This document shows positions 37,200 through 47,179 of a stretch of 50,309 nt of DNA, piece after piece; the stretch's first letter is position 1; each line of letters begins with the position of its first letter. Position numbers and translations under genes: made by a program. Under the pieces are notes generated by a model, which was not told the origin of the DNA, ran no database searches, and saw only the letters and a list, made by a program, of their open reading frames with translations. Source of the stretch: Octopus bimaculoides (lineage: Eukaryota); assembly GCF_001194135.2 (NCBI RefSeq), contig NC_068984.1, positions 77,341,943 through 77,392,251 of the forward strand, read 5' to 3'.

Positions 37200-37200
37200 A
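36997..37200. repeat. (ATT/ATC)n followed by (AGT)n microsatellite
   Basis: Directly visible; source of the poly-I/poly-S ORF artefact. Confidence 0.97.
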
Positions 37201-37339
37201 TTTATATATTGAATTTTATTTCAAATACACAGGGAATGCAGGAACTTAGCAAAGTGCTCGTTAAAGTAGATTTAGTAGCGATATAACGTAACATAGTTTT
37301 AAACTAATGGAATGAAAACAATTCATACAACTTGTGTTC

Positions 37340-37396
<57 letters not shown>

Positions 37397-39062
37397 CTTG
37401 TGCGTGTGTGTATATGTGTGTGTGTGTATGTGTGTGTGTATGTTTGTGTGTGTGTGTCCCAAAAGACATAAACGAAGTAAAGTGTTTTAGTTACGGATAT
37501 ATAATTTGCAAGTGTTACTTTTCAATTTCTTAATGTCAACAATTTAAAATATTGATGGAATTTCTGTTCAGCAATTTAATTTGTTTAGTTATTTATTCCG
37601 CTTTCAAATTGTTTACATTTGGTAAGAGCTGGAATGCACTTAGTTAGTGTAGCAATAGCTGCTAGTTCTTAACAATAGCCTTGCCGGCTATCGCTGAAAG
37701 AATCACATCCTAAAAGATATATCACAGGCACCATAGAGAGCAACAGAGTTTAGACGCAATGTGGTCGTTAGGAAACTTATATCCTGAAAAAAAATATGGC
37801 GCTGCTCATGACTGGGATGCCTTAGGTTTTAGGTCATCTCTATCAGGACTGGCCTAGAACGAAACAATAACAATGTTGTTTACAACATCCACCAACTGTA
37901 GAGTCTCTAGGTGATGGATTAGTATAGAAGTAGCAACCATATCTCATGAAAATCATACGCTACTGTCTTGAAAATCAAAGGACACATACATTGAATCATG
38001 TAGAGCCAGATACATCATATCAAAAGCTTGACCGTTTGTTCATGGCTAGAACAATTTTGATTGTGGGTTGACTTAAATCAGGATTAGTTTGATATGCGTT
38101 ATGTAGTTAAGTAATCACTCTTGCTGCATGTTATATATCTTTGGAGAAGATAGAGGAAATATATTCAATTATTTCAATATGTGGCTTGAGTATCATTTAT
38201 AGTGTTTCATTTTAGCTGTAATTCTGTATCAATATTGTATTGCTCTAAATCACATACTTCGCCATTTTTTTTGAGCTCCTAGATAAACGCTTTTGAACAA
38301 ATGTATTTTTGCAACAAATGGGAAATTAAATCCTATAATACTATGTATGTGTGTGTATTATATAGTGCACACGCACATATATATGATATACATTGTTCTT
38401 TTATATGATATATAGTCATATATATAATTATATATGCATATAGATGTATATATGTACAAATAAATTTATATATATATACACACATATAAACATATTTAAT
38501 ATATGTAGTAGATGATTACCAAAGCAGCAGCAGCAACAGCAGTTGCAGTAGTAGTAGCAGTAACAACAGCAGCAACTGCAGCAATAGTTGCTGTTGTACC
38601 GTGGAATTTCCAGCTTCATTAAAACGTATAAGCTTAATGGAAAATAATAAAAATCAGGAAATACGTGATTTCTTGTAAAATAATGCTTTTTTCTCCAAGC
38701 ATTTGATTCTGGAGATAGTATAAAGCCCACATGGGTTTGAAGATAGTATAAAACCCACATAGTTAGTTCTGAAGATGCTATACTTTTCAGAATACCTCGT
38801 TCCAGAAAGTATCTCGCGGGGGAGAACATCATTGGAAACCACATTCTTTATTATACACTTGTCACCTATTCTAACTTGAAAGATATTATCTTTTCATTTT
38901 ATCTTTACGTCAAGGCGGGAAGCTCTCTAGAGAGTTCTACACAGACATCTCAATCATTAGAATCATTAAAAACGTGTTACAAGAAAGAATAATATATATA
39001 TCAAATGCTTTAAACAAATTATTAACTATGGAACAAAATCGAAGATATAAACGAAATATTAT

Positions 39063-39580
39063 GAGTGAGTGTGTGGTAGGTAGCTTGCTAACCAACCACT
39101 TGGTTCCAGGTTCAGTCCCACTGCGTGGCACCTTGGGCAAGTGTCTTCTACTATAGCCTCGGGCTGACCAAAGCCTTGTGAGTGGATTTGGTAGACGGAA
39201 ACTGAAAGAAGCCCGTCGTATATATATATATATATATATATATNNNNNNNNNNNNNNNNNNNNNNNNNNNNNNNNNNNNNNNNNNNNNNNNNNNNNNNNN
39301 NNNNNNNNNNNNNNNNNNNNNNNNNNNNNNNNNNNNNNNNNNNNNNNNNNNNNNNNNNNNNNNNNNNNNNNNNNNNNATATGTTTGTGTGTGTGTGTCTC
39401 CCAACATCGCTTGACATCGATGCTGGTGTGTTTACGTCCCCGTAACTTAGCGGTTCGGCAAAAGCGAGCGATAGAATAAGTATTAGGCTTACAAAGAATA
39501 AGTCCTGGGGTCTATTTGCTCGACTAAAGGTGGTGCTCTAGCATGGCTGCAGTCAAAATGAGTGAAACTAATAAAAGAAT
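39063..39580 (+). mobile_element. SINE family B, full length (internal microsatellite is gapped)
   Basis: Head GTGTGGTAGGTAGCTTGC..GGTTCAGTCCCACTGCGTGGCACCTTGGGCAAGTG; tail GGTGGTGCTCTAGCATGGCTGCAG..AATAAAAGAAT. Confidence 0.9.
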
Positions 39581-40554
39581 GGAACGAAATTGAAGATATA
39601 AACTAAATATTGCAGTGCAACTATATTATGTTACGGGTTCGATGAATATGAATGAATAAGTGAAGCAGTCTTGAAAATAAACATTGAGTCTTTATTCCTT
39701 CGTAACATGTGCACAATAGTCCGGACACAATGAAAGCATAAAGTTCTGTAGGTTTGTCATTTCTCTATCATCCTGGTAATTAAGCTTATCCCTCATTGGT
39801 TAAATGACTTTTTAGTGTGTCGATTCTTCTCTGGACGGTTAGTTCCTGCAACTCGTCTCAGTGACAGCTTCTCACCTCTCTCAGGGTGAAATGTTTGTCG
39901 AACCAATTTATAGGGAAAAGTGGGATCCAGAACACATATCGAAATTGTCGCTTAAAATATGCTACGCGAAACGTAATTGGACTTTCAATGCAATTACTGT
40001 GCAACATTTAACTGGTCACATGACACAGGGCCCAATAACTAGCCAAAAACTCATGTTTTAGCCAATCACAACAGATTAGCGTGGTGAGCCGACAATTACA
40101 TGATCGCTACATATATAAATATACATACAAATATTAATGATTTTTTAATGCAACAACACAACTTGTTCTCGCTACAGACTTTTCAGCAGCCGCTCATATA
40201 TATACATACGCATTTATAGATATATATCGCACATTTACACGCAACACATAGTACATATTTTGGTACTTAAATGTCAGCACGTCATTTTAAATATTATGGA
40301 TCAAAGAAAATAGTTTCTTTCATTTTTTTCACTTTTAAAGTTACATTTCTAAATTATTCATGGTTAGAAGTCGAACTCTTAACTTTTAAGTATGTTCGAA
40401 AGTATTGCATATTTTATAAATTTTAATAGTATTATAGAGCTTAATAACACAGTATTTTAAGAATATAAACAATTTTAAACGCGAAACAAACTAATTTCTA
40501 CCGTTCAAAATATTGGAAATTGCACATTAAGTTATCGACGAGGTGATCTTTTAT

Positions 40555-40755
40555 TTGGCGTCAAATTTTGGCACAAAACCAGCAACTTTGGTGGGAGGAC
40601 AAGCAGATTGCATCAACCCCAGTGCATCAACCCCGTCGACCCAGGAAAGATGAAAGGAAAGTCAATTTCAGAGGAATTTCAACTCAGAATATAAAGAGAC
40701 AGAAGAAATACCGTTATGCATTTTGTCCATCACTCTAACGACTCTAGCAGCTGGC
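40555..40755 (-). mobile_element. SINE family C, diverged
   Basis: TCAAATTTTGGCAC tail, CCAGGAAAGATGAAAGGAAAGTCAA core, head remnant. Confidence 0.65.
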
Positions 40756-40811
40756 CGTTTCATGATCTTTTGAATGAATTTATGTATATTGATAGGCATG
40801 ATTTAATATCG

Positions 40812-41010
40812 CTTTCAAATTTTGGCACAAGGCCAGTAATTTAGAGGAAGGGGTAAGTCAAATATATCAACCTCCAGTGATAAACTGTTACTTTTTTTTA
40901 TCTATCCCAAAAGGACGAAAGGTATAATCGATCTCGGCGGATTTGTAAAGACGGACGAAATACTGATAAACATTTTTCCCGGTGTGCTAACGATTCAGCC
41001 AGCTCACCAC
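40812..41010 (-). mobile_element. SINE family C, tandem partner of the previous copy
   Basis: TTTCAAATTTTGGCACAAGGCC tail; head GTGCTAACGATTCAGCCAGCTCACC. Confidence 0.7.
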
Positions 41011-41346
41011 CTTAACATGGTTTTATATTAATATTTCGAATGTAAATGTGAGACATTTAACGAATACATTATTTTCTGTCTTTCATTATTTGAAACCGCC
41101 ACACACTAACTTTTCGCCGACAGGACATTTAAACGAGTCGTGTGTCGTTATATATACTGATAGAATGCTTTAAAGTAGATATCAATATTTACCAATTTAA
41201 GTGTGAAACAATAGAAAATAAAATACTTTCTATCTTCCTTAATATTAGAAATCACATACTAACTTTTTGAAGACATGACTTCTAGATGTGGAGTTTAAAT
41301 AATGTGATGCAGCTCCTGCGCAATATCTATAGTGTAGCTTCTTTCT

Positions 41347-41735
41347 GTGGAGGCACAATGGTCCAGTGGTTAGGGCAGCGGACTCGCGGTCATAGGATTG
41401 CGGTTTCGATTCCCAGACCAGGCGTTGTGGGTGTTTATTGAGCGAAAACACCTAAAGCTCCACAAGACTCCGGCAGGGAATGGTGGCGAACCCTGCTGTA
41501 CTCTTTCACCACAACTTTCTCTCGCTCTTACTTCCTGTTTCTGTTGTGCCTGTAATTCAAAGGGTCAGCCTTGTCACACTGTGTCACGCTGAATATCCCC
41601 GAGAACTACATTAAGGGTACACGTGTCTGTGGAGTGCTCAGCCACTTGCACGTTAATTTCACGAGCAGGCTGTTCCATTGATCGGATCAACTGGAACCCT
41701 CGACGTCGTAAGCGACGGAGTGCCATCAACAACAA
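41347..41735 (+). mobile_element. SINE family A, full length with 11-bp TSD
   Basis: TSD AGCTTCTTTCT at 41336-41346 and 41736-41746; tRNA head and (AAC)n tail. Confidence 0.94.
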
Positions 41736-43660
41736 AGCTTCTTTCTATGCCCTCAAAAAAGTATCTTAACATGTCCTTGCAACACATCACATTAGCTTGC
41801 CAGAAATGATTACTGCTGGAAAATGAAACATAGAGAAAGGATACTTTGAAAGTGTATGCTGTTTTGTATTCTTCATGCAAGTTGAGGAGCCGCTTTCATT
41901 TTCAGTGCCTGTTCACTATTTACTTCTGAGCCATTTGGCATAACACGAGAGGCAAAGCACGAGAGGAGACATAAACAGTATCAAACACAACAGGAGTCAA
42001 AACCTCACACCTATAGTTTACCTCTACCGAGTACAACCAAGCACTGCTCCTCATTAAACATGCTCTACAGTCTATGGTTGTTAAGGATTTGAACAATGTG
42101 AACTGCCGCTTCCAGTACGAAGATCAGTAACAACTCTCAAGCGAGAGATTCTTCAGGCAACTATCTATTACATTCATCAGCTAGAACGGTATTTCCTCCA
42201 AAAGGAACCACATTGAGTTCGAGATAAAAGGAAAACAAAAAATAAACATAAAGCCATTAAACAATTTGTAAATTTTGACTAAGGCAACATGTTTCCTTCA
42301 TTCTACTGGTTATATAGGTAATACTTTTTTGTTCAACGTATTTTAACAAAATTCTTTCACACAACCTAGGGCCTCATCTTGAATCACACGCCACTGAATT
42401 TCCATAAATACACACTTATATCTACACATACACTCAAGAAACCACACGTGTACCATACCACCAATTACACACGCACACACAAACAGACATGGTATGTATA
42501 TANNNNNNNNNNNNNNNNNNNNNNNNNNNNNNNNNNNNNNNNNNNNNNNNNNNNNNNNNNNNNNNNNNNNNNNNNNNNNNNNNNNNNNNNNNNNNNNNNN
42601 NNNNNNNNNNNNNNNNNNNNNNNNNNNNNNNNNNNNNNNNNNNNNNNNNNNNNNNNNNNNNNNNNNNNNNNNNNNNNNNNNNNNNNNNNNNNNNNNNNNN
42701 NNNNNNNNNNNNNNNNNNNNNNNNNNNNNNNNNNNNNNNNNNNNNNNNNNNNNNNNNNNNNNNNNNNNNNNNNNNNNNNNNNNNNNNNNNNNNNNNNNNN
42801 NNNNNNNNNNNNNNNNNNNNNNNNNNNNNNNNNNNNNNNNNNNNNNNNNNNNNNNNNNNNNNNNNNNNNNNNNNNNNNNNNNNNNNNNNNNNNNNNNNNN
42901 NNNNNNNNNNNNNNNNNNNNNNNNNNNNNNNNNNNNNNNNNNNNNNNNNNNNNNNNNNNNNNNNNNNNNNNNNNNNNNNNNNNNNNNNNNNNNNNNNNNN
43001 NNNNNNNNNNNNNNNNNNNNNNNNNNNNNNNNNNNNNNNNNNNNNNNNNNNNNNNNNNNNNNNNNNNNNNNNNNNNNNNNNNNNNNNNNNNNNAGTGTGT
43101 GTGTGTGTGTGTGTGTGTTCAATTACGCATGTTCTCATTCATTTTTGAAACCACATTTTCTCTTCTTTTTTATTCTTCATTATGACGGACTACTGTCCAG
43201 AATGTCAAAACATTTCTTTTTAAGTGTTACACTAATACAACTTTTGATAAAGGTAATCCTATATTGTATACATTTTGTGCTCATTGACTTCTTAATGGAT
43301 ATGTGTGTGTGTGTGTGTGTGTGTGTATGATGTATGCATGTTTGTGTGTGTGTGAGTTTGTGTGTGTGCATGTATGTATTCACAGTGAGAGTGAGAAAGG
43401 GGTTAGCGAGAGTAAGTGTTTTCAGAGTCTCCCTCTCGTTCTTCTCCTCCTCTGTTTGTTTCGCTATCTCTCTTTTGTCCAATGCTCTCACATACTCCAG
43501 TGTTTTTCGTTATTCATGTCTCGAAAATCAAACATCGCATTTCTTTTTGTTGCAACAACAAATCAAAGTAAACCGTATTTTATTGACAATCTTACCTATT
43601 GTTGATTTAAAATAAGATATCGAAGATGTCAAATATTCTGACAGGTTGATGGGCTTAGAC

Positions 43661-43668
43661 AGACAGTC

Positions 43669-43750
<82 letters not shown>

Positions 43751-43763
43751 TAGATAGATACAA

Positions 43764-43831
<68 letters not shown>

Positions 43832-43832
43832 C
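43661..43832. repeat. (GACA)n/(GATA)n microsatellite
   Basis: Directly visible. Confidence 0.97.
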
Positions 43833-44598
43833 TATACGCCTCTCCGAGTGTTTATACGTTTTGTATTTTTAGTCATTGATGCTCTCAAAAATGTATTTTT
43901 GTTGATTTTGTTTCTGTTACTTAACCCCAAATTGACACTGGCTGGGCAGATCTATATTCTAAGTTTCCAATATTTTCCTTCCCTGCTTCTGAATGTATTT
44001 CAAGCAGTCTCCATTCTGCCCAGTATTACCTGATGCATCATTCTTACGAAGCAATGCAGTCAGATGTGTAACTATTGTCTCTAGCTCATTGAATCACATC
44101 ATACGGGCTTCCTCGTCGGTTCGTTATTTCACTGGTTGTTTAAAAATCAACGTTTAGACTAGGGAAAAGTTCTTTTTCTCTGTTTTTATCGTGTATAAAA
44201 CGCACTCTTTAATAATTGATTTTAATTGTAAAAAAAATAATTGAGGCGTGTCCTCTATACGGGACAAAGCTGATATCATGTTTAAATATGAAGGGAAAAA
44301 ATATTGTACCAAGATTTGACTCTAAGTTAGGAGTGCAGCGTATACACACAGGTAAATACGGAATTTACACACAAGTGTGTGTGTGTGTCTATAGCTGTAT
44401 GTGTTTGCGCATGCGCACATGTGTAAAGAATAGAATTGAGGAAGGAAGGAGGAAAGACTCAAGTTATAGATACGCGTACACTCACATGCAGACACACATG
44501 TGTGTATGTGTGCGTGTGTGTGTGCGTGTGTGCATGCATGTGTGTATAGTGCGTGTGTGTGTGTGCATGCATGTGCGTGTGCATGCATGTGTGTGTGC

Positions 44599-44646
<48 letters not shown>

Positions 44647-45294
44647 TATGACGTCGATACATACCCACGCAGAGCAGATTCACAGCTCAACCGCAACAGA
44701 ATATCAGGCAAAAAGCTATTTGCTTAAAATAAGGTCATGTGTTGCTATGTTCACGTAAAATTTCGGTCTTAGTAACACAGATAGCAACGGTTATACTTAC
44801 TCTCATCTTGAAGGACATACTTTTCTAATCCAAGAACAGGAAATAACAACCAAATGCCTGCCACACAAGATGGATAGCTAGTTATGTAAAACACCTAGAT
44901 ATGACAGCTGATACAGACTTTGGAATTAATATCAAAGACATGATCGACATAATAGGCAGCTGTCAGAAAATATCGTCAAAGCATTATCTACTTATAAAGA
45001 TTGATGTAGTCGCTAAAACATTTCCACAATACAATCCGGAAAGAGAATACAATAGTTTTGAAGATGAAAATAGTGATGTATAATGAAGACTCATCCATAA
45101 GATGAAAGAATAACTGTGGAATGAACCTATTAAAACCTTTGTTAATTGTCGCTGTAACAAACCATATATAGTGATCTGAGACTAGAAATGCGTATGTGCA
45201 CTAAAGTGCACTCTTGCGTTTCTTTATGAACATTAATTGATCAGCAGTCTTTGAAGAATTAATGTCCATAAGGAAAAAGATGTGTGTGTGTGTG

Positions 45295-45445
45295 TGTGTA
45301 GCTATGTGGTAAGAAGTTTGCTTCCCAACCACTTGGCTCCGAGTTCAGTTCCACTAAGGGCACCGTGTCGTCTATAATAGCCTCAGGCCGAACAAAGCCT
45401 TGTGGGTTGATCATTTGGTAGACAGAAAATGAAAAACGCCCGTCG
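45295..45445 (+). mobile_element. SINE family B head fragment
   Basis: GCTATGTGGTAAGAAGTTTGCTTCCCAACC..GAGTTCAGTTCC..AAAGCCTTGTG..TTTGGTAGACAGAAA..CCCGTCG. Confidence 0.7.
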
Positions 45446-45464
45446 TGTGTGTATACGAATGACC

Positions 45465-45801
45465 ATGGGTGCACCTAAGAGGTTTCCCTCCGGGATACAA
45501 GTCTGGGCAGAAAGTTGCTTCACCGGCGAACGCACAGCCTAGGGTTGTTTTTATGGAAGAGCAGCAGTTGCCCATGAATACCAGTTTCTCCTCTCCACGC
45601 CACCGATATTATCCAAGGGAAAGGCAAAGGCCGATACAGCTTGGCATCAGTGATGTTGCAACTCATTTCTACAGCTGAGTGAACTGGAGCAACGTGAAAT
45701 AAAGTGTCTTGCTCAAGAACACAACCCGCAGCCCGGTCTGGGAATCGAACTCACAACCTCACGATCGTAAGCTCAACGCTCTAACCACTGAGCCATGCGC
45801 C
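45465..45801 (-). mobile_element. tRNA-derived SINE, family E
   Basis: Minus-strand head GGCGCATGGCTCAGTGGTTAGAGCG...GTGAGTTCGATTCCCAGACCGGGC, then TTCTTGAGCAAGACACTTTATTTCACGTTGCTCCAGTTCACTCAGCTG core. Confidence 0.85.
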
Positions 45802-45802
45802 A

Positions 45803-45862
<60 letters not shown>

Positions 45863-45915
45863 ACACACACACACACACACATGTATGTATATAAGCGATC
45901 GTCACTAGAAGTGAC

Positions 45916-46081
45916 TAAGGATCCCGAATTATCTACATTGCTAGAAATAAGGTTTAAAATACTCTTAATGCTGTAAGAAGAGCGAAAATATATACATATA
46001 CTGACGGAAGGTAACCGCTCCTGTCAGTTTAAGACTATTTAAGCTCTTATTTCTAACAATGTAGGTACTTCGGCACCCTTA
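45916..46081. mobile_element. ~160-bp MITE with ~52-bp TIRs and TA TSD
   Basis: TA-AGGATCCCGAATTATCTACATTGCTAGAAATAAGGTTTAAAATACTCTTAA aligns with the reverse complement of TTAAGACTATTTAAGCTCTTATTTCTAACAATGTAGGTACTTCGGCACCCT-TA. Confidence 0.75.
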
Positions 46082-46392
46082 ATCCCACTTAATAGTGATT
46101 GAATTTTTCCATTATGGTATCACATTGCGCCTGGCTGTTTATATCTATATATATATATATATAAGATATAAGTCATAGGTTATGCAACCATCTAAGGAAT
46201 AGATGTATCCATAGACACATCTGGTGTATTACCTCAGTATGTATGGTCCTCATTGTAAGGTATACGGTAGCAGGTAATTTAAAGGTAAAACCGTGGTTTA
46301 ATATGAATAGAGACGATAAGGAATGGAGCATTATTAACAATGAGAAGTGGATCATTGGTGTTTTAAAGTCATTGTTTAATTAAATTAGGAGT

Positions 46393-46474
46393 ATGTTTAC
46401 AGCTGTTTCTATTTATCAAAATATGGTAAATTTGCATTTACCTCGTTACAATTGATAAACATCTTCAGAAAGAT
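46393..46474 (-). ncRNA. Hammerhead-like motif in the left pLTR arm
   Basis: CTGAAGA-TGTTTATCAA[..GGTAAAT gcaa ATTTACC..]TTGATAAATA-GAAACAGCTGTA. 10-bp stem II and perfect palindrome ACAGCTGT, but stem I is weak (2 clear bp). Confidence 0.55.
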
Positions 46475-47179
46475 TATATGGCAAAGATAAAATAGATCGA
46501 AAAAAGGGGGAAAAAAGGAAAAGTGTTCGTTAAGCAATAGTCTCACATTTTAGTGACTTACATATTTCCACGTGTCAGTAGAAGAATAAAAGAGAAGAGA
46601 GTTCGTTAAATCCATGGTCTTACATTTAGTGACTTTCATATTTCCACGTGCCCGTAGGTTCCTACATTCGGTGCTAATGGAGACAGTAGCTAGTTGATCG
46701 GCGTTGTAAGCCGAAGGAGTTATACCTAGTGGGCATATCTGGTGTTGTTATTGGACATAAGTAACGCTAATTTGTAGCTTCTACGTTAGGCCTTGTAATT
46801 TCAATGGAAGCCGTAATATAAACTAAGGCTGTTATTTAAAGTTTGTACGATGAAGTGTGTACAATGGGCTAAGTAAAGGAATAATAGAAAGGGTTGAAGA
46901 GTACATAGAAGACATTAATATCAATAAGGAAAATATAGCGTGTAATATGAGTCGGTAGCCTAGCTATCAAGTGAAATAATACTATATTAGAATAAGTCTA
47001 TAGTTCGGTATTTAGTTTATAATGTGGAGTGAGGTTAAGTAGTGCTAAGTAGTACGTGGGATGGTTAAGGGGAGGTAATAAGAAGTTAAGCAGGTCCGCT
47101 AATATCCTGTAAAGTAGGGATTAGCGATATTCAAACGATAAGTAGGGTTTAGTGATATTTTGAGAATAAGAATTTATCT

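Larger units (their letters stand above)
6423..43093. other. Assembly gaps (span of 12 N-runs, not a contiguous feature)
   Basis: N-runs at about 6423-6454, 11426-11455, 14503-14696, 16883-17513, 20578-20587, 23009-23837, 24816-25096, 26882-26891, 31424-31994, 35033-35525, 39244-39377 and 42503-43093, mostly adjoining dinucleotide repeats. Confidence 0.98.

Noticed and set aside
41347-41425. tRNA-like sequences (also ~1220-1296, 27765-27839, 45730-45801)
   Set aside because: They are SINE heads continuous with SINE bodies, tails and TSDs, not bona fide tRNA genes.
42130-42180. Minus-strand CTGAAGA followed by a CTCTC/GAGAG hairpin
   Set aside because: The GAAA core is missing (GTTAC instead), so it was not called a hammerhead.
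2165-45894. Dozens of ORF-track entries rich in CV/HT/YI/S/I/L runs or X
   Set aside because: They are translations of (TG)n, (TA)n, (AAT)n and (GAA)n microsatellites and N-gaps; no coding signal.
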